The notes under the pieces: generated by a model | The model's input: the letters and a program-made list of their open reading frames with translations, nothing else | What the model was told of the DNA's origin: nothing | The model's database searches: none | Shown: positions 41,123 through 53,524 of the stretch, piece after piece | Position numbering within the stretch: position 1 is the stretch's first letter | Layout: each line of letters begins with the position of its first letter | DNA from: Paraspadella gotoi | Taxonomy: Eukaryota; Animalia; Chaetognatha | Direction of reading: 5' to 3' | Assembly (NCBI GenBank): GCA_051294375.1 | Contig: CM119270.1 | Span: 20,606,417-20,670,416, forward strand | DNA: 64,000 nucleotides | Translations under genes and position numbers: made by a program

Positions 41123-41446
41123 AAACAAGTTTGAGTAAGCAATGCCGGATCTGCCCACGATCATTTACAGTCAGCAGCTGATCAGATATTTGATGAAGTA
41201 TTAATTAATTAATGAATTTGTTTTTGTATTTTTTATTTTTAAAATGAATGTTAACAGACTGACTTACAGACAGACACCTAGACAAACAGACAGACAGACT
41301 GAAAGTAAAACATGACGGACGGACAGAGTGAAAGACGGACGGACGGTCTTCATTTTTTTTGCATAGTTCGATGTTCTGACATGGTCCAAGTGACTAACCC
41401 ACAATATTTTGTGGTGGGACCTTCGGACCGACAAAGTGAATCATAG
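41123..41446 (-). mobile_element. HINE family 2 copy
   Basis: aaacaagtttgagtaagcaatgccggatctgccc (3' end), (gacg/gaca)n tract and ggaccgacaaagtgaatcatag (5' region) are shared with 48143-48260 and 51996-52182. Confidence 0.6.
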
Positions 41447-42452
41447 TTAGGATTGCGTGGAGTTTCTTCCAGCGTTTGATTGTCGGTCTTCTTGCAATCA
41501 AAAGGACATCGTTTGTTGCTTAGCGACTTCCACTTCCCTTTTCCACCTCCACATTCCACTTCCCTTTCTACCTCCACTTTCCGCTTTCGCATCCTCCCCT
41601 TTCCACTTCCCTCCGGCTTTACTCATTTGGTATGAAGTTTCCCCATATACTTTACTTAGTTACTGGTTATAATAATTCAAGCCGTTGAAAAAACGTTAAC
41701 TTCTTTTTTTTTTTAAATATTACAATATTCAAATATATAATCGCAGATGGAATCAGAATCAAACTAGTTACTGTCATATCTGCTTTCTTCTTTAAATGTT
41801 TAAAAAACGAAACGTTGCCAATGTTTTAATGTTACGTCTTTTAAACATAATAAATAGTTGTAAATATTGAGCACAAATGTTCAAAAAAGTTGCACTTAAA
41901 AAACCTGACAGAAAAAAATGTTGCGTCTAAAATTAAGAATACCGAAAAAGAAAAAGAAAAAAGGAAAAAAAAAAGAAAAAAGAAATAAAGAGTAGAAAAC
42001 AAAAAAAAGAAAAAAAAGAAAAAGAGTAAAAGAAAAAAGAAAAAAAGAAAACAGAAACAGAGAAAAAGAGAAAAAAGGAAAATAGAAAAGAAAATGGAAA
42101 AAGAAAAATAGAAAAAGAGAAAAAAAAAGAAAAAGAAAAGGGAAAAAGAAAGAAAAAAGAAAGAAAAGGAAAAGAGGAAAAAAAGAAAAAAAGAAAAATG
42201 AAAAGAGAAAAAAGAAAAAGAAAGAAGAAAAAAAGAAAGAAGAAAAAAGAAAAAAGAAAAAAGAAAAAAGAAAAAAAAAAAAGAGAAAAAAAATAAAAAG
42301 AAAAAGAAGGAAAATGGAGGAAGAATATGAGATTCGACGAAGTGGAGGTCATGATGTTGGCGAAGAGTGTGAGGCAGAGGACGAGAGGAGGGAGGGAGAG
42401 ATTAATAGGAGGGGAGAGAGATAGATACAGAAAGAGAGAGAGAGAGAGATGA

Positions 42453-42483
<31 letters not shown>

Positions 42484-42588
42484 GAGAGAGAGAGAGATAG
42501 AGCAGGAAGAAATGCTTGTTTAAAAAGGGTCACAAATAGTTTTTTCTTTGTGTTACGAATAAGGGTTGATTACAGAAGAAGGAGAAGA

Positions 42589-42639
<51 letters not shown>

Positions 42640-42850
42640 AGAAGAGAGAGAGAGAGAGAGAGAGAGAAGAGAGAGAGAAGAGAGANNNNNNNNNNNNNNN
42701 NNNNNNNNNNAGAGAGAGAGAGAGAGAGTTTTGATGAATGTATAGAGTTGTGCAAGGACAATATCGACTTTTCCCAAGAGAGACCAAACGACGCGCAACT
42801 CGAAGCGTCGAAGACTCAAACGATTTAACGATTGTAAAAGAAAAAAAAAA

Positions 42851-43206
42851 CAAGGAGGGTCATTCCAATGCGTCGCGCCGGACTGACTTTCTTTTCACGT
42901 GTATTTCCGAATGATCACGTGACTACATAGCTATGAAATATATTTGTAGCAAATTACCTTTCTGCAAAGTTTCAACCACAACAACCAAATATTATGCGAA
43001 ATATGCTTCTTTCACTTTGTAGTAGTTTTTACTTTGACAGGAGTTCAAGTGACTATTAATTAAAAAATACTTTAGTATTGAATTAAAATTGATGAAACCT
43101 TTTTAATAATGTAAGTGAGACAGCCTAATGGACCGACGTCGGGACCGACCGACCGACTGAAAAGTGACATATTGAGTTTCACCGCGAGTAGTCGCGGCGC
43201 AACTAA
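42851..43206 (-). mobile_element. HINE family 1 copy
   Basis: ccgcgagtagtcgcggcgcaactaa (5' hairpin, reversed), a gaccgaccgacc tract and a degenerate 3' end at 42851-42910. Confidence 0.6.
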
Positions 43207-43678
43207 CAACAAAAGACCAAAACAGACGACAAAACAAAAGGTTTCGTTTCAAAAAAAAAAAATGGCGCGAATTCCAAGTTCAGCAAAACTAGGTTAACTG
43301 TTTATTTACCTTGTTTTGACTCTTGTTAACTTATTCCCCTTAAATAAAATTTTAAAGTTTTATATAAAATGTTAATAAAGACGTTAAACTTAAATATTTG
43401 ATAAACTGTTTGATAAAGTGTTATTTTGCTACTTTTTTAATTCGACGCTGCTTCGTCTCTTATGAAAGGCAACAGAAACAGTTCTCACACACACACTCTC
43501 TCTCTCTCTCATTCGATTCGGACGAAGCACCTTCGTTCAAGATCAGATCAAGCCTCGGTGGCGAGTGAAATCAGCGGTGTCAAAAAGGTCAAGGCGTAGG
43601 GTCACTTTGGCGTCACCTCTTCTCTCTCTCCTCCTCTTCATCTCTCTCTCCTCTCCCTTCTCCTCTCTCTCTCTTCTA

Positions 43679-43721
<43 letters not shown>

Positions 43722-43724
43722 CTC

Positions 43725-43757
<33 letters not shown>

Positions 43758-43846
43758 TCACTCGCTCACAAATCAACGACTTTCGGCGAAAGTTTTTATC
43801 GTTGAATTGTAAACTGAGGTCTTCAGCCTTTTTTTCAGTTGTTTGC

Positions 43847-43956
<110 letters not shown>

Positions 43957-44075
43957 AGAAGAGAGAAAGAGAGAAGAGAGAAAGAGAAGAGAGAAAGAAA
44001 GAGTGATGCCAATGTTTCATCGTACTAAATCTTAAATCCAAAAATCCTCGAACGAAAAAAATATCTAAATCTTAC

Positions 44076-44200
44076 CGGCCAACAGCAACACTTTCAAGGT
44101 TTTGGCAAAAAGCATCGGCGGTCATCGAACCCAAGAGGCTGACAAGACCAAATGTTTTTACAGGAACCAATGGATTTTGGGCTTTGAAGTTTCGAAATGC
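44076..44200 (-). CDS. Candidate internal coding exon, unidentified gene
   Basis: Acceptor tttcatag|, open frame AFRNFKAQNPLVPVKTFGLVSLLGSMTADAFCQNLESVAVG+cg, donor |gtaaga. Confidence 0.55.
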
Positions 44201-44302
44201 CTATGAAATATATATCACAACTTAATGACATGGAAGGACCCTGCAAGCTTTTAATCAAGACTCACAGTCTTCTGATTCATGCCAACTATCAATGAAGTGT
44301 TG

Positions 44303-44756
44303 AATGAATGAATGAATGAAATGAATGTATGAATGAATGGTAATGATATGAATGAATGCAATGAATGAATGATGAATGTAATGAAAATGAATGAATGAAT
44401 GAATAGAAATGAATGAGAGTGAATGAATAGAAAAATGAATGAAGAAGTGAAGGATGATATATACGAATGAGATGATGAATGAATGAATGAATGAATGAAT
44501 GAATGAATGAATGAATGAATGAATGAATGAATGAACGAACGAATGAATGAATAAACGAATGAATGAATGAATGAATGAACGAACGAATGAATGAATGAAT
44601 GAATGAATGAATGAATGGAATGAATGAATGAATGAATGAATGAACGAATGAATGAATAAACGAATGAATGAATGAATAAACGAATGAATGAATGAATGAA
44701 TGAATGAATGAATGAATGAATGAATGAATGAATGAATGAATGAATGAATGAATGAA
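44303..44756. repeat. (GAAT)n microsatellite, ~450 bp
   Basis: Directly visible. A shorter array lies at 34224-34320. Confidence 0.97.
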
Positions 44757-46309
44757 GTGCTAGAATGTTTTTACAATCGATTTAAACAAATCCAGAGAAC
44801 TTTGCTTTCCAGAAAAAAAAAAAGCATAAGGAACAATTCGACCATTGCCTCCGTACGATGACCACAAAAGTTTTTTTTTCCTCAGAAAAAAAAAGCGGCA
44901 AGGTTAACGAATCCATTGCGACCAATGCCACCATGAGAGGGAGGCAATGAGATTCACGGGTCACCGATTGCCGACTCGGCGACGGCCTTGGGGGCGAAGC
45001 GAGTGAAGGGGTGAAAAAGGCGGATTTCGTCCGTGAGGAAAAAAAAAAGATGTGATTTTGCGAATCTCATTCTGGAAAATCGTTTCGACTCACTCGTCCG
45101 TTTGAAAGAGGAAAACCCTCGAGCCGATTGCCTGAGTTTCTCCTTCGTCATTAACGGGACACCAAAGATCCGATTCGTTGATTGCTACTTGCGCGCTCAC
45201 TGTTTCGATTTTAACCAACTACCCAACGACCGATGGCCTTTCCACTCACGAACTCCCGAGCGGACCACCATTCATCAATCGCTACTCGGCACCCACGCCA
45301 CTAATTGCCCACCCGGTATCCACTCACTACCTACACAAGACTAATTGCTGTCCGAGTTTCGCGCCCATCCTCCGGGCGCTCGTCTCTCAACGTTCTTTGT
45401 CGTCGTCTTCATCGTCGTTGTCGTTGTCGTCGTCATCGTCGTCGTCGTCGTCATCCTCGTCGTCTTTTTCTTCTTTTTTCTTTGTCGTCGTCTTCATCGT
45501 CGTTGTCGTTGTCATCGTCGTCGTCGTCGTCATTCTCGTCGTCTTTTCCTTCTTTTTCTTTGTCGTCGTCGTCAACGTCATTGTCGTCGTCCTCATCGTC
45601 CTCATCATCGTCGTCATCGTCCTCATCATCGTTGTCATCGTCGTCGTCGTCCTCCTCATCATCGTCATCGTCTTCCCTTCCTTCATTCGTATTCTCGTCT
45701 CTCCAAACAAAGTTTGACCGATTCTTTCGCTCAACGCGATTTTCAGTCGGCGCCTACACCACCATCACGCCATCCCACCTCGCCCACCCACCCTACCTCT
45801 CTAACCCGTTTGCCTCTCTCCTTTCTTTAATCTAATCTGATTAGTTTAATCTAATCTAATTTCATTTAATCTAATCTAATCTTGGCTAATAAAATTAATC
45901 TGTTCATCGAGCCTCATAACGAATCCCAACTTATCAATTTAAAATAATTTCTTTAAACTTATTCCTCTCATATATGAAGCTTCTATAATTATCCATCTGC
46001 TGGTATATAAAATTAACTAATGACTAACATATTTTTAAAATTTTAACTGCATATATTTGGAAAATATACAGACTTTCACTGACTCTTTTTCTAGTGGTAC
46101 TCCTTACTTTTTATCCTCTTCTCCTTCTCCCTTCCTCTTAAACTTACCCTCTCCTTACTTCTCCTCTTCCCCCTCTCACTTACCCTTTCCTCACTTCTCC
46201 TCATTCTCCTCTCACTTACCCAACTCCGACGCCTTCCACTTCGGGCTGCATTGTTTGGTTCCGTCCCTCCTTCTCCCGCTTCAATATCACGGTCAATTTC
46301 GCCCAGTAA

Positions 46310-46394
<85 letters not shown>

Positions 46395-46504
46395 TTCTCT
46401 CTCTCTATTCTCTCTCTGCGTCTCCCTCTCTGTTTCGCGCGACCTCGAATAAAACTCGCGCCAACCAAAAATTCTCGTTTTTCGCTTATTTCGCCTGCGC
46501 GTGT

Positions 46505-46603
<99 letters not shown>

Positions 46604-46613
46604 GAGACCCTAC

Positions 46614-46894
46614 GTAGACTGAAGGAGTAAGTAGAGCGAGGAAAGAAGCTAAGGCGATTACGCCGATTAGGACGGACAGAGAAAGCAGGGTGATTAGGGC
46701 TGACATTGACGGAAAGGTGGGGGTCAAGGTCGGCATCATAAAGGCGGCGGAGTTAGTGCTGACATTGACGGCAAAAAGCTCAAGACCAGGCTGAGGCAGG
46801 ACCAGAAGACGAGAAGAAGAAGAAAGACAAATAGAGGTAAACTTGACGGAGTTGGCGCCGAACCGTTTGCTGAACTCGGCGACTCGATTAACAT
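46614..46894 (-). CDS. Candidate first coding exon with two hydrophobic segments (needs +1 nt in a T run)
   Basis: ATG at 46894: MLIESPSSANGSAPTPSSLPLFVFLLLLVFWSCLSLVLSFLPSMSALTPPP / MMPTLTPTFPSMSALITLLSLSVLIGVIALASFLALLTPSVY|gtaggg. The two ORFs join if cctttatg is ccttttatg. The phase-0 donor fits exon 44200-44076. Confidence 0.35.
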
Positions 46895-47499
46895 TTTTAA
46901 CAAATACAAATCATACCAACAAACAAACAAACAAACAAACAAATCATACCAACAAAACGCTACTGATACTCAATTAAAATATCACTTCCGCTGCACGTCG
47001 TAACTTTCTGAGTAACTTCAAGATTTAATCGAGAAAGATTAAGGGGATTAAGGAGAATGAGGAGACTATAGAGAATAAGGAGAATGAGGAGAATAAGAAG
47101 AATAAAGAGAATGAGGAGAATAAGGTACCAGTGCCCACCCTCCCGATGTCTCTCTTCCCGATTCCCGCTCATCCTCCGCCCCCGCACACTCTAATGTCAC
47201 ACGATGGGTCGAAAATGGAAAGCGATCTCCGTCAGGGAGTCCGTCAAACATTTCCACAACCGATTCTCAGTTCTGTAGTGTGCCTGCTCCGTCGGGAAGA
47301 CGCCGCTCGCTCGCTGAATCGGTGGCTTCTGCCAATTCCGACGTAATATTATATATATATATATATTATATATACAGAGACAAAAAAAAGCCATTGATCA
47401 GGGAAAAATAGACGAAAAAAAACTTAGATTTAAAAAGTACGAAATAGCAACCAAAAAAAAAAATCTTCCGTCCATTTGTCCTTGCTCCTTTGCTATTTT

Positions 47500-47758
47500 A
47501 TGAAATTGATACAACCAATATAAAAAATTATCCATTCATTTAATAAATAAGCTATCTTGCCCCTGACATTGAACAGGCTTTGGTGGTTTTAGGCCTCCAT
47601 CACTCTTACAAGATAATGACATAGCGGGTCCTTGCGAGCTTTCAATCAAGACTTTCTCACAGTCTCGTTTATTCACTCCCAGCGTACAAGGCTTCCTTAT
47701 CCATGAAGTGGTATAATGTTTCAAAGAATGTTTCAATTGTATGAAAAGACCACTCCCT
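47500..47758 (+). repeat. Dispersed ~260-bp repeat family of unknown class (also 50209-50467 +, 52766-52928 -, fragments at 32912-32978, 36260-36385, 44224-44298)
   Basis: Shared core caaccaatataaaaattatccattcatttaataaataagctatcttgcccctgac...ggcctccatcactcttacaagataatgac...ttcaatcaagact. Confidence 0.88.
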
Positions 47759-47919
47759 TAAGTATTAGATCGGCGAATTTGAGAAAAGAAAACAATGCGA
47801 GCCCTTCAGATGCACCGCTATCCGAATTGAGGGTTTTTACATATATTCTTTTTACCGGAATTTCTCCCAGGGACGTTTGTAAAGTTTGGTAGTCATATTC
47901 GAAAAAAAAATGTTCATTG

Positions 47920-48260
47920 AACAAGTTTGAGCAAACAATGTCGAATCTGCCTAAGATAATTAAGCGGTAATCAGCTAATAAGATGATAACTCACGATAAT
48001 TCTTTTAATTTGTGATCCTAACTTATCATAACAGATAGTACACTTCCAAACCAATGGCTGCGCCAATACATGTAAATCGCTTGCAACAGATTAAATTGAA
48101 CTGTTACTGTGGTTGAAATAATTCCAAATAAAGTACAAATAATTTTTAGTCGAGTCTGCTTATCGCAGATTCCGACTCTATAATTCACTTTGTCTCAAAA
48201 TCTTGTCGGTAAATTGTTTTTATCATATCAGAACCTTGAATTATAATAAATTATGCAAAA
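47920..48260. mobile_element. Two back-to-back HINE family 2 fragments (3' end on -, 47920-48112; 5' end on +, 48143-48260)
   Basis: 5' hairpin tttttAGTCGAGTCTGCttatcGCAGATTCCGACTctataattcactttgtc. The 3' end tcgaatctgcc / ggctgcgccaatacatgtaaatc matches the reverse complement of 60636-60760. Confidence 0.6.
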
Positions 48261-49150
48261 AAAAAAAAAAAAAACACATTTATTTGAATTTTTAAATTTT
48301 ATATTACCACCTAATCGTTATATGTACAAACTGCAACGACTTCATGATCTGTTATTTGGATTGCCTTTCTTTCGTTAATCCAACATCAATTATATTAACT
48401 CAATTGTATTTTGTTTGTTGTTATTGCTGATTTACAATCGGTTGGCAGATGAGATCAGTATTCTGTTAATAGAAGCTTCAACGATATAAATCAATAACTG
48501 CGCTGAGATTGATTTTCCTTTTCCCCGTACAGTAAATCCTATGAACAGATACAATATTTGTATAGTTTTCTCAATATTAGAGTATAACTCACTTCGAGCA
48601 CAATTCTTATCATAATAAATAGATTACTTTACGTATTACTAAAAATTTACATCGACATATTTCGAGTTCAAATAGTGTAGATTTAGTTTATCAATTAACA
48701 ACAAAGAAAACGAGTAAAAACTAAGACATATAAGGTAATAAAACATAATAAACGCTATAGTTCAATAACAAAAGAAAGAGCTTATTCTTTTTTAAGAACA
48801 AGATTTATTGAACAATACATATTTGAGGTTTTTTTCATCTTGCGGTTGTGAAACATGTTAAATCAGTTACTGTAACCAAATAAACTGGTCAAAGTAAAGT
48901 TTTCATTAATTCGAGTCTAGTTTGTTTGAATTTTTAAAATTTCCGATTAAATAAATATATTTTTATTAATTTTTTAAAAACTTTTTTCATGCACATTCCT
49001 CCTTTGTTATACAAACAATTTTTTTTTAAACAACCTTTACTGTGACTAATGCAACGCACAATTTATATGAAAGCGAATTATATGATTTGTCGTCGTCGTC
49101 GTCGTTGAGTAATTTGTTTTATCGTTTTATCTATCTATCTATCTTCATCT

Positions 49151-49216
<66 letters not shown>

Positions 49217-49265
49217 ATTCTATGCATACGTCAAGAGTTTTTCCAAAAAAGACACTGATTCATCC

Positions 49266-49273
49266 TATAAAAG
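49266..49273 (+). promoter_or_regulatory. TATA-box-like motif upstream of the XK-related gene
   Basis: TATAAAAG lies ~175 bp upstream of the ATG at 49444. Motif match only. Confidence 0.3.
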
Positions 49274-49443
49274 GTGGTCTTGTGCCACAGGCCTCTGATT
49301 TTTTTTCTCTCTCTCATGTTTTTCCCTCAACGATCTAGATTGCTTTCGCTTCTACGAATTTCGCGCGTAATTACGATACAAATTCACTGCAATAATATTG
49401 AGGAACCTTTTCTGTTCTTTTTGGTTTATTTTTTTTCAAAGTC

Positions 49444-49488
49444 ATGAGATTCGACGCTTCCTTCTTTGTCCAGTCGATTGTATTGCAG
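49444..49488 (+). CDS. XK-related (Xkr family) membrane protein, exon 1
   Basis: MRFDASFFVQSIVLQ|gtaaga. Phase 0 joins exon 2 to give SIVLQIFDVVSDI, the Xkr TM1 D-x3-D pattern. Confidence 0.7.
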
Positions 49489-49963
49489 GTAAGAGTGGTA
49501 AATAATTTTTGAGCATACCCCACCCATAAAAAAATGATTAAATTTTATTGACGAGGTCTAAAACACGGTCAAAAATAAGGAAAAAAATATATTTTGTTTA
49601 TTAAACTTGTGCTTACAAATTGTACAAATTTGATGAACTAAGTTAATGTATAATAAAACTTCTAAATTTAACTGTAATCAAAATTCTAAAATTGACGAAT
49701 GAATAACATTGTACTGTGTGTAAAAATTCTAATATACATACAGGGAGGTCCAGCTCTTTTAGGACTAACTTAAAAATATCGTTTAAATCAAATAACTAGA
49801 ACGGTAATTCCAATGTGTTGCGCCGCAGTGACTTTATTTTCACGTGTATTTCCTTTTGATCACATGATCTGACATGACATGACATGACGAAAAAATTTAA
49901 TTGGTTTGCAAATAACAATTTTTTTCTAGCAGTGGGTTGTAGTGTGTCACTTTGTATAGTCCC

Positions 49964-50538
49964 TTTTTAGTTGCACCGCGAGTACTCTCGGAGCAACTCT
50001 ATAAATCACTTTTTGATTGGTCGGTACACCAGTCCGTCGGTCCGTCAAAATATCGGTCTGTCCCACATGTAATTTGCCTATAGTTTGTTGCTCATTTGTT
50101 TAGACAGGAATTCCTAAAACTAAAAAATAAAAGAGAGAATTTTGAAGCAGAGCATTTCATAAATACAAGGGCAAAACAGTTTTTTAGTCAAATCATGTTT
50201 GTCATATCATGAAATTGGTACAACCAATATAAAAATTATCCATTCATTTAATAAATAAGCTATCTTGCCCCTGACTTTGGACAGGCTTTGGTGGTTTAAG
50301 GCCTCCATCACTCTTACAAGATAATGACATAGCAGGTCCCTGCAAGCTTTCAATCAAGACTTTCTCACAGTCTTGTTTATTCACTCCCAGAGTACCTGGC
50401 TTCCCTATCAATGAAGTGGAAAATATTTCAAAGAATGTTTCAATTGTATGAAAAGACCACTCCCTCATGTTATCCAATAGAAATACATGTAAAAATTAAG
50501 TCACTGCAGCGCAACACAGTAGAGTTATCGTTTTGTTT
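49964..50538 (+). mobile_element. HINE family 1 copy enclosing the 260-bp dispersed repeat
   Basis: tttttagttgcaccgcgagtactctcggagcaactctata 5' end and gtcactgcagcgcaacac 3' end at ~50500. A separate minus-strand 3' end lies at 49795-49890. Confidence 0.62.
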
Positions 50539-51007
50539 CCATTATCATAAACCGTTTTTGTGGTTGACGCATTTGAAGTTAGTCCCATTGTGAGATTGTT
50601 TTATTCTCACGCTAGCGATGTCGTGCGTTCGAGTCTTCGCCCAGACGAACTGATTAACAAAAGTTCAAAATAATAACGTCGCGAATTTTATATTTAATTT
50701 TAAACTTTTATTTTCGCAAAAAAGTCCATTGGAAACTCGTAAATACGAGGTTTTCTTCCGGGCGATGAGTTTCTACTGAGTTCATAAATGAGGCTAAAAA
50801 CAAATCAGGAAATATCTCTTTTACTTTGAGAAACGCGCGCGAAAATTGACCGAACACTTAATTTTGGAGAGAGTGAGAGAAAGATATCAAAAATAGGGCA
50901 CTTTTTTCCAGAGTGCACCTTTTTGTTAATTTTTTCCAGAATAAAGCTAAGCCCTAACCTAATCCTAAACCCTAACCCTGCCAACAAGGGCAATAATAAT
51001 AATAATA

Positions 51008-51093
<86 letters not shown>

Positions 51094-51270
51094 GTTGTTG
51101 TTGTTGTTGTTAATAATATAATATATAATCGGCTAATGTGATTAATATATATATATATATATTAACATAATTTTTCTTTAATTTTTTAAATTAAATTTAC
51201 AACTCTATCACACACTTCTTTACAATTTTTTTTTATTTAAAATGAAAACAAATTTCAAAATGTTGTCCAG

Positions 51271-51428
51271 ATCTTCGACGTAGTTAGCGACATCAAGGTA
51301 ACATGGAAATTGATTGCTTCTGGGAGACACTATTTCGGGGTCATCGGTTGGGCGTTGCTTTTTGTGTTGCTCACACACAATTTGGTCTCTCTTCTTTGTG
51401 GAGTCAAGTTTTTGATGAAGAATAAAAG
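51271..51428 (+). CDS. XK-related (Xkr family) membrane protein, exon 2
   Basis: ttgtccag| IFDVVSDIKVTWKLIASGRHYFGVIGWALLFVLLTHNLVSLLCGVKFLMKNK+ag |gtaaag; resembles Xkr TM1-TM2. Confidence 0.78.
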
Positions 51429-51821
51429 GTAAAGTTGCCCGTCGCGCAAAACCGCAAAATCTATACCCCACTTAATTATTGTTTCTTCAGACAACACCCG
51501 GTGTCTTATTGATAACTCATGACTCATAATAAAAAATATGATATAAGTCTTTATTTTCATGTTTTGTATGTTAAATTTACCTATTTTCACATCACTTCAC
51601 ACTCAAAAATTTGATCTTCCTTGTACCCAGCTATCAAACTAAACCAGATTTAAAATTTGAACATTAAATTTTTTGGGGGGATTCTATTGAATAAAAAAAT
51701 TATGATTTTTTTTGTTACTGATATTTAATAATTAACAAACAACTCCTTAAGTCCGACTCTAGAGTTCAGACTAAGTGCTATCTCTAGTTTAATATTTACC
51801 TCTATCTTTTTAACTATTATT

Positions 51822-52182
51822 TGTACTCGCGGTAATACTCTATAAGTGACCTTTTGGTTGGTCTGTCGGTACGTCGGTCGATCCGTCAGTTGGTATGTCT
51901 GTCTGTCGGTCTGTCCCACTTCCATAAAAAATGCATATAATTTGCATATAGTTGGTTGCTCCTTTATTAAGACAGAAAACAACCTTAATGCTAAGGGGGG
52001 ATGGACGGACAGACAGATGGATGGACTACAGACAGACGGACGGACATCATTATTTTTGCATAATTTATCATAATTAGAGTTCTGATATGATAAAAATGAT
52101 TTACTGACAAGATTTAGGGGTTGGACCGACAAAGTGAATTATAGAGTCGGAATCTGCTGATAAGCAGATCCAACTAAAAAAA
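51822..52182. mobile_element. Head-on fusion of HINE family 1 (+, 51822-51997) and family 2 (-, 51996-52182) fragments in an intron
   Basis: gtactcgcgg..actctataagtgac..gtctgtcggt on +; agtcggaatctgctgataagcagatccaactaaaaa hairpin at 52145-52182. Confidence 0.62.
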
Positions 52183-52943
52183 CTTTACTTCTGAACATAT
52201 TTTTTTAAGCTAAAATAAATACATCAGTGAATAGTGATTGTTAAAAAAAATTATGGTTATGTTTTGATATCTGGGTACAATTTACTCTTACATGAATTTA
52301 GGCAAAATCAAGTTTAATTCAGATAAAAATAATCGCGAATTCAGGTATTATCCTCGTCTGACCAAAAATCTTCTCCGATGGGGCATCACAATTGTTTTTC
52401 ATGCTCTGGGACTCGGGTTGATTCCCATCAAAACAGACATTTTTCTTGATGAACATTTTCAAGGTTGGATAACGTTTATCACTTTTCTGTACTTAATTGT
52501 ACAAAAACACTAAAGTTGGATGAGAAGACAGGAGGTTGACATACCCCTATGAGAATGTGGTTAGCTCCCGCACTTGATGGGCCAAGTTGATTAGAAAGTT
52601 TTTCTTGTCAGTTGCCTTGCTTCCCTGAACTTTAAATCCGGCGTAAGGCATGCTACCCTTGAATTAACCAATTGGGACTTATCTGGCCAGGGCTCTAACC
52701 AAAGGCCAGTGCTTTTTCAGATAAATGCATTTTTACTGTAATCTGGAACTGAATAAATGAGAATGTGAGAGTCTTGATTGAAATCTTGCAGGTACCTGCA
52801 GGTCATTATCTTGTAAGAGTGATGGAGGCCTTAAACCACCAAAGCCTGTCCAATGTCCATAGTCAGGGGCAACATAGCTTATTTATTAAATGAATGGATA
52901 ATTTTTATATTGGTTGTACCAATTTCATATAGTCTGTAAATAG

Positions 52944-53145
52944 GTCTTTTTATTCTATTAAAACAAAGAAATTCAATTTCATCAATTACTCTATCAATCA
53001 ATCCATCATTTGAGGTAAACCGATTGAATTGAAGCAACGATTGGACACGAACCTCAATTTCATTCATGTTCTTGTGGAATCATTTCCTCAACTTCTCCTT
53101 CAAGTTGCTGCTGCGGTTTTTGGGTGGATGAGAGAATCCTTGGAG
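52944..53145 (+). CDS. XK-related (Xkr family) exon with the ESxPQLxLQ signature; in-frame TGA at 53011-53013, 5' boundary uncertain
   Basis: aaatag| (phase 2) SFYSIKTKKFNFINYSINQSII*GKPIELKQRLDTNLNFIHVLVESFPQLLLQVAAAVFGWMRESLE |gtatga. Confidence 0.82.
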
Positions 53146-53524
53146 GTATGATTAACGAAGGCGTGCTTGAAAAAAAATATGACTTGTGCCCTTCAAGGTA
53201 TTTTTAAAAAGTAGTATGCCATTATGGTGGAGACAACTTAAAACTAAGTTGCGATGTGTTCCAGGTTCAATGCTGGCTTAGTTGACCAAGATAGACAGTA
53301 ACAGTAAAAGCGCGCAAGTGAGATGGAAATGACAGGGATACCTGCCTCCGACAAAACAATGTAAATCAAGGTGTAAGATAAACTTTTTCCATAAATGTAA
53401 TTTTTTACGGATAACTTTTTGTATCACATAGACCACAGAGCGTCTGTTCAAGACCATTTTCTTTATGGTTTTGTTTTTATTTTTTCTCTCTCTTTCTAAC
53501 AAAGCACCTTTCCTTCCTTTGCAG

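Noticed and set aside
45178-45835. Poly-V/S/T/D/R ORFs on both strands (also 2180-2806, 4053-4485, 18886-19083)
   Set aside because: (GTC/GAC)n and (GTT)n trinucleotide repeats are open in several frames by composition.
50620-50645. B-box-like gttcgagtc (also ~18455, ~52415) as tRNA genes
   Set aside because: No cloverleaf can be formed; at most SINE remnants.
50946-50980. Telomere-like (TAACCC)n, also 31260-31380
   Set aside because: Short and degenerate; more likely part of an interspersed repeat than a telomere.
53011-53013. In-frame TGA as selenocysteine or codon reassignment
   Set aside because: No SECIS recognised; the 506-aa ORF uses TGG with no internal TGA; mutation or error is simpler.
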